From the NCBI GenBank assembly GCA_041746255.1, contig JBGTHM010000005.1, positions 32,001 through 96,000 of the forward strand: 64,000 bases of DNA, written 5' to 3'. This document shows positions 38,747-48,440 of the stretch, piece after piece. The translations under genes were made by a program, and so were the position numbers. This stretch comes from Fibrobacteria bacterium (GTDB taxonomy: Bacteria > Fibrobacterota > Fibrobacteria > UBA11236). Each line of letters opens with the position of its first letter. Positions within the stretch are counted from its first letter, which is position 1. Under the pieces are notes generated by a model, which had not been told where the DNA came from, made no database searches, and was given only the letters and a program-made list of their open reading frames with translations.

Positions 38747-41700
38747 ATGGAAAAGCCCCTCAACCCAGAACTGTCCCGGAACTCGCCTCAGCGCTCCCCT
38801 AGTCCCACATCTCTCTCGCACTTCCACCCCGCCATCGCGGATTGGTTTACGAACCATCTCGGCGACCCCACTCCCGTACAAGCTGAAGCCTGGCCGGCCA
38901 TCCGTTCAGGCCACCACACCCTTATCGCCGTCCCCACCGGCTCCGGCAAAACCCTGGCCGCATTTCTGTGCCTAATCGACGACCTTCTCAAGCAATCGCT
39001 TGAGGGCACGCTTCCCGACCGTACCCTAGCGGTTTACATCTCGCCGCTCAAAGCCCTGTCCAACGACATCGAAAAAAACCTCCAGCGCCCCTTACGCGAC
39101 ATCCAGGAAGCCCTGTTCAAGCGAAACCTCGCCCATGTCAACATCCGCGTCGCGGTTCGCACCGGCGATACCACGCCTTATGAGCGCGCTTCCATGCTCA
39201 AAACGCCGCCGCATATTCTCATCACCACGCCCGAATCCTTATACCTGCTTGTCACCAGCGAAAAAGGCCGCCGCATGTTGCGCGGCGTCAAGGTGCTTAT
39301 CGCCGACGAAATCCATGCCATGGTGCAAGACAAACGCGGTTCGCATCTGGCGCTTACTTTCGAAAGGCTCTGCGCCCTGGCGGAGGGCCCCATTACCCGT
39401 ATCGGACTTTCGGCGACCCAACGACCAATATATGAGGTGGCGCGCTTTTTGATCGGCGCGGCAAAGGGCGCAAACCCGCCAACCCCTGGGGCAACCGAAG
39501 CGAACGGTGAGTCCATCGCAGGTTCCCATACCGATTCCCCTATCGATTGCACCATCATTGACGCCGGACACAAACGCCAACTTGATCTCGCGGTCGAAGT
39601 TCCCGACTCCCCGCTTTCCGCCGTCATGGCCGCCGAAGTCTGGGACGAAGTCTATGCAAAGGTCGAAAGACTTATCACAGAACACCGTACCACGCTTATC
39701 TTCGTAAACACCCGGCGTCTGGCCGAGCGCGTTTCCCATCGCCTCAGCCAATCGCTGGGAGAAGAGAAAGTCGGCGCGCACCATGGCAGCATGTCGAAAG
39801 AAAGGCGCTTATCCGCCGAGACCCGGCTCAAGTCGGGCGAGTTGTCGGTGCTGGTGGCCACCGCTTCCATGGAACTGGGTATCGACATCGGCACGGTGGA
39901 TCTGGTCATCCAAATCGGCTGCCCTAAATCCATCGCCGCGTTCTTGCAGAGAGTAGGACGCTCGGGCCATAGCGTGCGCGGGCTTCCCAAAGGCCGCCTG
40001 TTTCCTTTGACGCGCGACGAATTGGTCGAAGCCGCGGCCCTGCTCGACGCGGTAAGGCGCGGCGAACTCGACGTGTTGGAAATTCCGCAAAAGCCGCTGG
40101 ACATTCTGGCGCAGCAAATCGTCGCCGAAACCGCTTGCCGCGAATGGGACGAGAACGAACTTTTTGAAACCTTCAAGCGCGCCTACGCTTATCGCAATCT
40201 GGAGCGCAAGCAATTCGACGAATTGGTGACCATGCTGTCCCAGGGTTATCACCTCCGGCGCGGCTATCGGCAGGCCCTGCTCCATCATGACGCCGTCAAC
40301 GGACTATTGCGGGCAAGACCCGGCGCGCGCCTTACCGCCTTGACCAATGGCGGAGCCATACCCGACACCTTCGATTACGATGTGCGTATGGATCCCGAAA
40401 ACATCCAAGTCGGTACCGTGAACGAAGACTTCGCCATTGAAAGCATGCCCGGCGACATCTTTCAACTCGGAAACTCCTCTTGGCAAATTCTTCGCGTGGA
40501 AGGCAGTACCGTGCGCGTGGCCGACGCCCAAGGACAGCCGCCCACGATTCCGTTCTGGTTGGGCGAAGCTCCGGGGCGCAGCCGCGAGTTCTCGCAAGCC
40601 GTGTCGCGCCTGCGCGAAGAAGTATGCGAAAATCTGGGCCCCCTTCGCGAATTGGAAGCCCTGCTGGCGCTCCCCGAAAACCAAGCTCCCGTAGGCGCGC
40701 AACCGGGAGGCCTGGCCCCCATCGAGAGTAGCGAAGGGGTTACCCTACCCTCCGGAAGCGCTTGGAAAGCGCGCGCGCTTGCCTGGCTTACCGACGAAGT
40801 GAAACTCTCCCCCGCCGCCGCCGATCAACTCGTCGATTATCTCGCCGCGGCCTGGCTCGCGCTTTCGGCCATGCCCAGCCATAAAACCATCGTGCTGGAG
40901 CGATTTTTCGACCAGGCAGGCGACATGCACCTGGTCGTACACGCGCCCTTCGGGGCCCGCATGAATCGCGCCTGGGGCCTGGCCCTGCGCAAGCGCTTCT
41001 GCCGCCAATTCAATTTCGAATTGCAAGCGGCCGCCACCGAAGACAGCATCGTCTTGTCGCTGGGACCCACGCACAGCTTTCCCCTGGCCGAGGTGGCGCA
41101 ATACCTCAAGTCCGGCAACGTGCGCCACATCCTTATCCAGGCCATGCTCGACGCACCCATGTTCAACGTGCGCTGGCGCTGGAATGCCTCCCGCGCCTTG
41201 GCCGTGCTGCGCAACCGCGGCGGCAAACGCGTGCCTCCGCAATTGCAACGCATGGCCGCCGAAGACCTGGTAGCGCAGGTGTTTCCCGATCAAATCGCCT
41301 GTTTCGAAAACATCAAAGGCGAAAGACAGGTTCCCGATCATCCCCTGGTGGAGCAGACCATCGGCGATTGCCTCAATGAGGCCATGGACATAGAGCGCCT
41401 CGAAGAGCTGTTGCGCGCCCTCGAAGCGGGCGAGGTCAAGGTGGAGGCGCGCGACTTGCGCGAGGCCTCGCCCCTGGCGCAGGAAATCTTAAGCGCGCGT
41501 CCTTACGCCTTCCTGGATGACGCGCCCCTGGAAGAGCGCCGCACCCGAGCCGTCCAGTCGCGGCGCTTCCTGGATCCCCGCGAAGCCGCCTCCCTCAGCC
41601 GACTCGACCCCGAAGCCATCGCCGCCGTGAAGGCCGAAGCTTGGCCCCAGCCGCGCAACGCCGACGAATTGCACGATGCGCTCTTGCTCAGCGGCTATCT

Positions 41701-43450
41701 AACCGACGATGAGATAAGGCGCGGCGACGGGGCGATTTCCTGGCTCCCCTATTTGGAACCCCTTAAGGCCGCCCACCGCGTAGCCGCCCTGACCCTTCCC
41801 CTGCCAGGGCCGAACAAAACCGAAACACCGGATGAAATCCGCCGAATGCCGACAGACATTAACGCCAAAGTTACCCTTTGGTTGGCGACGGAGCGCTTGA
41901 CGCAATACCTTCCTCTTTTTCCCGAAGGCGAGTGGACTTTGCTTCCGCCCCTGCCGGAAAAGTTGCGGCGTGCGTGGACCTCCGAAGAGGCTTTACGTGA
42001 AATCCTGCGCGGGCGACTCGAAGCCTTGGGTCCGGTTTATGAAAACGAATTGTGGGAGGGACTGGGATTACCCGCAGGCCAGGTCCGATCCGCTTTAGCC
42101 GCCTTGGAGGCCGAAGGGTTCGTTTTGCGCGGGGTGTTTTACCAAGACGGCGAACAATGGTGCGAGCGCCGCCTGCTGGCCCGAATCCATCGCTATACCT
42201 TGACCCGCCTGCGCCGCGAAATCGATCCCGTATCCATCGTCGACTTCATGCGCTTTCTTTTCCGTTGGCATGGCCTCGAAGGTGAAAAACCACAGGGACC
42301 CGAGGCCCTGACCGCCTCACTGCGCCGGCTGGAAGGCTACGAAGCCCCCGCGGCGTCCTGGGAAAGGGAAATTCTGCCGTTACGGTTACATACCTATGAC
42401 CCTTCCTGGCTGGACTTGCAATGCCTATCGGGTCAAGTGGTCTGGGGCAGGCTTAAGCCCCGTGCAACGGTACCCGGAGAGGGAGCCCGTTCCGGTCCCA
42501 TCAAATCCACGCCCATCGCTTTCCTATTCCGTGAAAATCTGGACCTGTGGTTAAGCGATCGTTCCGAAGCCAGCGAAGCATCCGCGCCGGAGATGTCAAC
42601 CTACGCGCGCCAAATCTGGGAACATTTAAGCCGACGCGGGGCTTCGTTCTTCGATGACCTGACGCGCGGCCTTCGGCTGCTGCCTACCCAAGCCGAAACC
42701 GGCCTGGCCGAATTGGTCAGCCTGGGACTTATCACCTCCGACAGCTTCCGGGGTTTGCGGGCGCTGCTCATTCCCGCGCGCATTCGCGCCCGCGCGGAAA
42801 AGCGCCGGTACGGTCTGCGGCCACACCAGGGCTTGGAAGTATCCGGCCGCTGGACTTTACTGCGTTCCCACGAACCCGAACCAGCCGACTGGATGGACAC
42901 AAGCTCCGCAGCTGCATCCAGCCGAAAATCAGAATCGATCGACTCCTTCGCTTCTCTCGAATCCCATGCCATGACCCTGCTTCGCCGCTACGGAGTCCTG
43001 TTCCGCGCTCTAGCCGACCGGGAATCGCTGGCGCCTCCCTGGCGCGACCTGGTTCGCGTACTGCGCACGCTCGAAGCCCGGGGCCTTATTCGCGGCGGCC
43101 GATTCGTCGAAGGCATTTACGGCGAGCAATACGCCCTGCCCGAAGCCATTCCCCTTTTGCGCGAAACCCGCAAGGCGGAAAAAACCGGCATCGTCCTCAC
43201 CGTGTGCGCAGCCGATCCGGTTAACCTCCAAGGCATCATCACGCCGGGCCGACGCATCCCGTCTCTTAGAAAAAACAAAGTGCTGTATCGGGATGGTTAT
43301 CCCATCGCGGCCATGGAAACCGGGAAGTTTTTTTATCTCGAAGAAGCTGGGTTGCGGCCTGGAGAACCGTTAAATCAAGTAACTAGGCACGAATTGAAAA
43401 AATCTCCTGCGGATTCCGGACCCACTTTGAAAAATCCATCCGCAAACTAA
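38747..43450 (+). CDS. lhr: ATP-dependent Lhr-family helicase (long form)
   Basis: PTGSGKT, SPLKALSND, TTPESL, DEIH, GLSAT, HHGS, QRVGRSGH, C-terminal LLRRYG and GGRFV..GEQYA. Confidence 0.95.
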   Translation: MEKPLNPELSRNSPQRSPSPTSLSHFHPAIADWFTNHLGDPTPVQAEAWPAIRSGHHTLIAVPTGSGKTLAAFLCLIDDLLKQSLEGTLPDRTLAVYISPLKALSNDIEKNLQRPLRDIQEALFKRNLAHVNIRVAVRTGDTTPYERASMLKTPPHILITTPESLYLLVTSEKGRRMLRGVKVLIADEIHAMVQDKRGSHLALTFERLCALAEGPITRIGLSATQRPIYEVARFLIGAAKGANPPTPGATEANGESIAGSHTDSPIDCTIIDAGHKRQLDLAVEVPDSPLSAVMAAEVWDEVYAKVERLITEHRTTLIFVNTRRLAERVSHRLSQSLGEEKVGAHHGSMSKERRLSAETRLKSGELSVLVATASMELGIDIGTVDLVIQIGCPKSIAAFLQRVGRSGHSVRGLPKGRLFPLTRDELVEAAALLDAVRRGELDVLEIPQKPLDILAQQIVAETACREWDENELFETFKRAYAYRNLERKQFDELVTMLSQGYHLRRGYRQALLHHDAVNGLLRARPGARLTALTNGGAIPDTFDYDVRMDPENIQVGTVNEDFAIESMPGDIFQLGNSSWQILRVEGSTVRVADAQGQPPTIPFWLGEAPGRSREFSQAVSRLREEVCENLGPLRELEALLALPENQAPVGAQPGGLAPIESSEGVTLPSGSAWKARALAWLTDEVKLSPAAADQLVDYLAAAWLALSAMPSHKTIVLERFFDQAGDMHLVVHAPFGARMNRAWGLALRKRFCRQFNFELQAAATEDSIVLSLGPTHSFPLAEVAQYLKSGNVRHILIQAMLDAPMFNVRWRWNASRALAVLRNRGGKRVPPQLQRMAAEDLVAQVFPDQIACFENIKGERQVPDHPLVEQTIGDCLNEAMDIERLEELLRALEAGEVKVEARDLREASPLAQEILSARPYAFLDDAPLEERRTRAVQSRRFLDPREAASLSRLDPEAIAAVKAEAWPQPRNADELHDALLLSGYLTDDEIRRGDGAISWLPYLEPLKAAHRVAALTLPLPGPNKTETPDEIRRMPTDINAKVTLWLATERLTQYLPLFPEGEWTLLPPLPEKLRRAWTSEEALREILRGRLEALGPVYENELWEGLGLPAGQVRSALAALEAEGFVLRGVFYQDGEQWCERRLLARIHRYTLTRLRREIDPVSIVDFMRFLFRWHGLEGEKPQGPEALTASLRRLEGYEAPAASWEREILPLRLHTYDPSWLDLQCLSGQVVWGRLKPRATVPGEGARSGPIKSTPIAFLFRENLDLWLSDRSEASEASAPEMSTYARQIWEHLSRRGASFFDDLTRGLRLLPTQAETGLAELVSLGLITSDSFRGLRALLIPARIRARAEKRRYGLRPHQGLEVSGRWTLLRSHEPEPADWMDTSSAAASSRKSESIDSFASLESHAMTLLRRYGVLFRALADRESLAPPWRDLVRVLRTLEARGLIRGGRFVEGIYGEQYALPEAIPLLRETRKAEKTGIVLTVCAADPVNLQGIITPGRRIPSLRKNKVLYRDGYPIAAMETGKFFYLEEAGLRPGEPLNQVTRHELKKSPADSGPTLKNPSAN

Positions 43451-43496
43451 ATACACCGGGCTTATCTTATATCCTCACCTTTTTGGAGGATTACCC

Positions 43497-44090
43497 ATGC
43501 GCTTCCCATTATTAGCGCTGTCCCTTTTGCTCTTCGGATTGATGACCGGCTTTGGTGAACCCTCCGCCGAGTCCCGGCTTTTCGCTACAACGGCCGACGT
43601 TGAGGCGATATTCAAAAATAATTGCACCAATTGCCATAGGCCCGGCGGCTCCACCGGAAGAGATAAACCCTCCGGCGAACTCGACCTGGAATCCGCCGGA
43701 GCTTTCTCGCGCCTCATCAATGTAGCCGCTGAAGAGGAAACCGCTGCCGAAGAGGGAATGAAGCGCGTGGTGCCGGGTAAACCCGAGGAAAGCCTGCTTT
43801 ATTTGAAGATTTCCGCCACCACCAAGGAGTTCAAGTACGGCAAGGCGATGCCCAGCGGAAAGCGTGAAGATCCCTTCACTCCCTTGAGCGCAGCGGATAT
43901 CAAAACTATAAGGGACTGGATTGCGGCGGGAGCGCCTTTATCGGGAACCATTACCTCGATTGCCTCTCCGAAACCCCTTGATAAGGGGGTGGGCACTCCG
44001 GTCCTGATTCACGAAGGCAAGCGCCTTTTCACCGCCCCCGGTGGTGAAAGCGTCGACGGACAGGGCCGTTCGGTCAAACCGTTTCCTTAG
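43497..44090 (+). CDS. Secreted monoheme c-type cytochrome (Planctomycete cytochrome C-like)
   Basis: Signal peptide; CTNCH; VVPGKPEESLL; AMP (axial Met candidate); IRDWIAAGA. Confidence 0.85.
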   Translation: MRFPLLALSLLLFGLMTGFGEPSAESRLFATTADVEAIFKNNCTNCHRPGGSTGRDKPSGELDLESAGAFSRLINVAAEEETAAEEGMKRVVPGKPEESLLYLKISATTKEFKYGKAMPSGKREDPFTPLSAADIKTIRDWIAAGAPLSGTITSIASPKPLDKGVGTPVLIHEGKRLFTAPGGESVDGQGRSVKPFP

Positions 44091-44517
44091 CTCCGATTTT
44101 CAGGTAAATCCGGTTCTCCCGTAACTCCAAGGGTACGGGAGGCAAGGGACGCCGCGGGTCCGCCGGACCGGAACGGTACTTTCCCGATTCGGGCTCGAAG
44201 TACGAATCGTGGATCCAGCAGCGCAACTCCCCTTTTACCAAAGGCTGCCGCGCCTCACCATCGTTCAATTCGCACATGGTATGCGGGCATATCGATTCAT
44301 ACGCGTAAAACTTTCCCTGGGTTTTGATAACCAATACGGGGCCGACTTTGGAATAGAACAAGGTGGAGGAGTCGTCGGGAAAGTCCTCGACCTTGCCGAC
44401 GTACCCGTCTCCGCCCACATGCCTGGGAGGATTCGCGACACGGCCGCGAAAGGTTTTGGCACAACCCGCCGCGCATAAGCCCAAACCCATAACGGAAATA
44501 AAATTTCGTCTATCCAT
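44074..44517 (-). CDS. Tat-exported Rieske 2Fe-2S lipoprotein
   Basis: MDRRNFI twin-arginine signal, lipobox AAGC, CPHTMC and CWIHDSYF Rieske boxes, GPA..PL. Confidence 0.9.
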   Translation of the reverse strand: MDRRNFISVMGLGLCAAGCAKTFRGRVANPPRHVGGDGYVGKVEDFPDDSSTLFYSKVGPVLVIKTQGKFYAYESICPHTMCELNDGEARQPLVKGELRCWIHDSYFEPESGKYRSGPADPRRPLPPVPLELRENRIYLKIGAKETV

Positions 44518-44525
44518 GGTAAACC

Positions 44526-45419
44526 TCAATGCATGAGTTTGAAGGTGCGCGTCAAATTGAAACCCAGCCGCCATTCGTTGACCCGCTCCGAGGAAGGAAT
44601 CGCTCCGGAAATATATTCGGACATGGCCACGTCATAAGTATTACCGACGAAAAGCTCGAAGGAATGATACCAGATCCGGTAATTGAAACCATAGGCCTGC
44701 ATGGGCGCTCCCCGGACCGTTCCCTCCCGGGTTTGGCTCTCGCGGACATACCCCCAGCCGCCGAGGTCCATTTCCACCGGAATGACATATTCGGCGAAAA
44801 AGGAATAGCGGTCCCAACGCGCTACGACTCCCAACCCCAGCGCCACGGAGTGCTGCGGATTTTCCGGGGATGAATTCGCTTCCGTGTTGGCATTCGATTG
44901 GAAGAGCCCGTTGACCACCCCTTCGAAGCGGTCGCGCAGGAAACTGCGGGTCAAAACCAAGGAGCCTCCCATTGACCACCTGTCCTCATCGGCCAAACTC
45001 CTGAAGGTACGGACCTGGGTATTTCCCGTAACCGCTACGTTAAGCGGTTTTTTATCCACCCGCTGGTTCCACAACTGTACCTTGCCTTCCAATCCATAGA
45101 TTTTCAATTCCTGCTGCCGAAAGAGAGTGACTTCGCCAAGGTTGGCCAAACCCAAAGCCACGTCCATATAGATGCTGGCTCCACCGTCAAGACCGAACAG
45201 ATGGTAAAAAGGGTCCGACTCACCCACCGGCAGAACCGGTTCTTTGAAACGATGGTTGAAACGGGAGAAAAGATGCTTGTTCTCGGTTATCTCGGCCGTT
45301 TGCAATACCGATAAGTTACGGTCGGGACTGCCGGGATAATAGGCGAAACCGGAAGGGACGAACGTCGGTAGGAAAAACCAGGTTATCAGCGATAGAAAGG
45401 CGGCAGGTGAAGATTTCAT
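44526..45419 (-). CDS. Outer-membrane beta-barrel, DUF5777-like
   Basis: HRF...LFGLD, HSFELF..N, WRLGFNLTRTF C-terminus; ATGA-coupled to the upstream cytochrome gene. Confidence 0.75.
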   Translation of the reverse strand: MKSSPAAFLSLITWFFLPTFVPSGFAYYPGSPDRNLSVLQTAEITENKHLFSRFNHRFKEPVLPVGESDPFYHLFGLDGGASIYMDVALGLANLGEVTLFRQQELKIYGLEGKVQLWNQRVDKKPLNVAVTGNTQVRTFRSLADEDRWSMGGSLVLTRSFLRDRFEGVVNGLFQSNANTEANSSPENPQHSVALGLGVVARWDRYSFFAEYVIPVEMDLGGWGYVRESQTREGTVRGAPMQAYGFNYRIWYHSFELFVGNTYDVAMSEYISGAIPSSERVNEWRLGFNLTRTFKLMH

Positions 45420-46153
45420 GGGGCCATTCCTTGCAGCCATGCAATCAGCAAGGCCTTGTCTTCGGGGTGCAAAGCCAATGCGGACGCCTGTGTGGAACCG
45501 GAAGGCGGCATCGACTCTGAGGCCCGATTGGTGGTAAGCACCTCCAAGGCAACAATCCGATTTTCCATCCATCCCGCCACGCTTCGCAAGTCCGCGGAAA
45601 TCAGAAAGGATCCCAGGGTACCATGGCAGCTACCGCAGTATTTTTCCGCCACCCGCCGCACTTCCGGCGGGTCCAAATCCGGCATCGATCCCGGAGGAAC
45701 CCCGGAAGGAGTGTTCTGCCCTAAAAAGCGGCTGAGTTCTTCCAAAGCCTCGGGAGCGATGACAAAATCCGGATTGTCGGGATGATTTCCCCGCTTGGCT
45801 ATCAGATAAAATCGCAATGGGCCGAAAGTGATGATATCCTCCCAGGTGTTTAAAGCGAGTGAAGCGCGCGCATCCTCGCGATACCACGAATTCGCATGGC
45901 ATGCACCGCAATTGTTAAGGTGGATTTCGCGGACGGCATGGGGCATGTCCGCGAATTCAAAAGTGTCGATGATGCCGTCTTCCTTTGTCCGTAAAAAATA
46001 TCGGATACCGTCTACGGTCTGCAACGAATCCGCCCATTCCGAAACAGTGGGATTCCAAGCGACAGCCTCTTCCCGGCAACCGGTATACAATCCACTCACG
46101 CAAAGCCCCGCCAACAGGGATAGCCACGCTGCGACCCGATTCGCGCCCTTCAT
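45416..46153 (-). CDS. Diheme c-type cytochrome lipoprotein
   Basis: Lipobox YTGC; CGACH and CGSCH; SMPP; LIAWL. Confidence 0.8.
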   Translation of the reverse strand: MKGANRVAAWLSLLAGLCVSGLYTGCREEAVAWNPTVSEWADSLQTVDGIRYFLRTKEDGIIDTFEFADMPHAVREIHLNNCGACHANSWYREDARASLALNTWEDIITFGPLRFYLIAKRGNHPDNPDFVIAPEALEELSRFLGQNTPSGVPPGSMPDLDPPEVRRVAEKYCGSCHGTLGSFLISADLRSVAGWMENRIVALEVLTTNRASESMPPSGSTQASALALHPEDKALLIAWLQGMAP

Positions 46154-46174
46154 ATACTCCGCTTACCTTTCATT

Positions 46175-46789
46175 TTACCGACCTCTTTGCAGCGTCCATC
46201 GCAATTCGATTCCCGTCAGCCGCCAGGAAAGATGGATGGGCGCAGTGGCCGAACCCATGGACCATCCCAAATAAGGACCCAACGAAAAGCGTCCCGATTG
46301 AAAGCGTGCCGACCATTCGTGTTCCCATATCCATACGCGGGTTATCTCATCTGCGCGCGTGGATCCTTCGCCTGTCCAGTGAAGCGAGTGAATAAGATTG
46401 GGAGATATGCCGCCTTCTAATACGAAGCCGCCTAGTCGGGTTTGCCAAATCCGTTGGGTAGCGCCCAGATAGAATCCGATTTGGGTGAAGGTCCAGTTTG
46501 GGTTGGGGTCGTTATCGATCCAACGGGTTCCCCGCAGCGCTACCCGGGGACCCGCATTCAAGGTAAGTTGTGGAAGATGAACCATCGGGATGCGCGCGTA
46601 CAGGCCAAGCACACCGGAATTGCGGCCCTCCATGGACCAGACGCCAGATTCCAGTTTGGGTGAGACCCGTCCCCAGGTAAAGCCGCTCTCCAGCGAAATA
46701 GTGGAGACCGAAGCCATGGAGTTCCCTCCACCCGCAAGGCAAAGAGCCGTCAGGAAAAGGGCTCGCATGGATTTCAGTAAAGCAGGCAT
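46175..46789 (-). CDS. Small outer-membrane beta-barrel protein (start uncertain, 46789 or 46768)
   Basis: Signal peptide; amphipathic Trp/Gly-rich strands; C-terminal LTGIELRW. Confidence 0.55.
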   Translation of the reverse strand: MPALLKSMRALFLTALCLAGGGNSMASVSTISLESGFTWGRVSPKLESGVWSMEGRNSGVLGLYARIPMVHLPQLTLNAGPRVALRGTRWIDNDPNPNWTFTQIGFYLGATQRIWQTRLGGFVLEGGISPNLIHSLHWTGEGSTRADEITRVWIWEHEWSARFQSGRFSLGPYLGWSMGSATAPIHLSWRLTGIELRWTLQRGR

Positions 46790-46914
46790 AGCGTTGGAAA
46801 AACCTAATTTAGCGCCATTAACCCGGAACACCCTGAGGTTTTTTTGGAATTTATCCTTCCCATGCAACCAACCCCCATTCCCATGCATCTAATCTTGTGA
46901 ATATGCTCATAACC

Positions 46915-47457
46915 ATGGAAATGGAAAAGGACTGGATTGACCGCCTGCAAGGGAAGGATATGGAGGCCCTGCGCTGGGTTTATGAGCAATATGGGACGAG
47001 CCTGCTTAACCTGGCTTACCGCATACTGGGAGACCGGTATGAAGCGGAGGACCGACTCCAGGAATTAATCCTCAAACTGCCGGAATCCATCCGTAGTTTC
47101 AAGGGGAACTCTTTATTGGGCACATGGCTCTACCGCATCATGCACAACCTCTGTTTGATGCAATTGGGGGCAACGGGAAACCGGGGGCGCCTTCTGCGGG
47201 AATTTCATGCCGAGGGAGGTCTGGACGAGAGCCGTATCGGGGATCAGGCGGAATGGGAACTTAAAGACAAATTGAACAGGCTGCTGAATTTGTTGGAGCC
47301 GGAAAATCGGGCGCTACTCTGGTTGAAAGAGGCCGAAGGCTTGTCACTTCGGGAGTTGGCCGATATCTTTTCCGCTCCGGAAGGTACATTGAAGGCCCGC
47401 CTCTCGCGATCGCGCGAGAAACTGAAGCGGGCGCTGGAGGAGAATGATTATGGATGA
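46915..47457 (+). CDS. ECF sigma-70 factor
   Basis: LAYRILGD..EAED, FKGNS.LGTWLYRI..N, EGLSLRELA...EGTLKARLSRSREKL. Confidence 0.93.
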   Translation: MEMEKDWIDRLQGKDMEALRWVYEQYGTSLLNLAYRILGDRYEAEDRLQELILKLPESIRSFKGNSLLGTWLYRIMHNLCLMQLGATGNRGRLLREFHAEGGLDESRIGDQAEWELKDKLNRLLNLLEPENRALLWLKEAEGLSLRELADIFSAPEGTLKARLSRSREKLKRALEENDYG

Positions 47458-47875
47458 GTTGGATAAGGTGATTAAGGAAAGCGAACGCTTGGTAGCGGAT
47501 GAAAAGCTGTGGAATCGGCTCCAGGCCGGTAATTCCAGAGATACGGATTCACGGAAAGACAAGGGTGAGGATTATTCCTCTGAATCAAAGCGGGTATTCC
47601 CCTTCCGCCAGGTCTTAGCCTTGGCCGCCTGCGGTATTTTAGCGGCGGGATTGGCGGCTTTTTCTCTTTCCCACCTGAAAGTGACGCCGCAAGTGCTAAT
47701 CGACTATGCGGGTTTCGATGAATCCACCCATGATTGGCTCGCGTATCAGGTCGTCGGTTACTACACGGAATTGGGCAACGAAGAATCCGCGATAAATGCC
47801 GGCGCCGAAGATTGGATGGACACCTGGTCGCCATGGCTGGAAGCAGAACCTGAAGTCGCCGTTGCGACAGAATGA
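47450..47875 (+). CDS. Putative single-TM anti-sigma factor
   Basis: Overlaps the sigma stop codon; LWNRL cytoplasmic motif, one TM, acidic periplasmic tail. Confidence 0.7.
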   Translation: MDELDKVIKESERLVADEKLWNRLQAGNSRDTDSRKDKGEDYSSESKRVFPFRQVLALAACGILAAGLAAFSLSHLKVTPQVLIDYAGFDESTHDWLAYQVVGYYTELGNEESAINAGAEDWMDTWSPWLEAEPEVAVATE

Positions 47876-47905
47876 ATCCCGACAAACATTGATTAAACAA
47901 GGAGA

Positions 47906-48388
47906 ATGAAAATGAAAACAAGATTTACCACCTATGCACTCGCTTTGGGACTCTGTTTGAGCCTTTCGCAAAACCTACCGGCCAATCCTACCGATTCGAC
48001 AAAACAGCCGCAGTCCGAAATGCAGAAATCCTATAAAAAGAAAGCGCATGGAGAAAAACATAAGCATCGAGGCATGCTCAACCCCAGGTTAATCCGCGCT
48101 TTGGAATTGACGGAAGCGCAACGCATGAGTCTGAGCGAGCGCCGCAGCGCCACCGAACAGAAAAGAAGCGAATTGAAGGCAGAGAAGTCACGGGCCGAAA
48201 AAGACATGAAAGAGGCGCTCGCCGCCCTGCCCTTGGACAAAAAAAGGATCAAAGAGATATCGGAGAGAATCCTTCTCAACCAACGCCGATTTTCCGAGTT
48301 GCGACTGGAGGGAGTGGTCTTTTTCGTGGAATTGCTCACACCGCAACAACATGCCAAATTCGTAGAGATGCAGACCCGTAAATCGTGA
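47906..48388 (+). CDS. Spy/CpxP/ZraP family periplasmic protein
   Basis: Signal peptide; LELTEAQR and LLTPQQ (LTxxQ) motifs; His-rich segment. Confidence 0.85.
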   Translation: MKMKTRFTTYALALGLCLSLSQNLPANPTDSTKQPQSEMQKSYKKKAHGEKHKHRGMLNPRLIRALELTEAQRMSLSERRSATEQKRSELKAEKSRAEKDMKEALAALPLDKKRIKEISERILLNQRRFSELRLEGVVFFVELLTPQQHAKFVEMQTRKS

Positions 48389-48408
48389 AATCCAGTCGGT
48401 ATCGGAGA

Positions 48409-48429
48409 AGGAGGCGGCTCCGGCCTCCT
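48409..48429. terminator. Hairpin between convergent genes
   Basis: AGGAGGC-N7-GCCTCCT; no clear U tract. Confidence 0.3.
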
Positions 48430-48440
48430 GCCGGTGCCGC

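Noticed and set aside
38747..43450. Lhr helicase as part of a defence island
   Set aside because: Standard long-form Lhr; no nuclease, methylase or other defence genes next to it.
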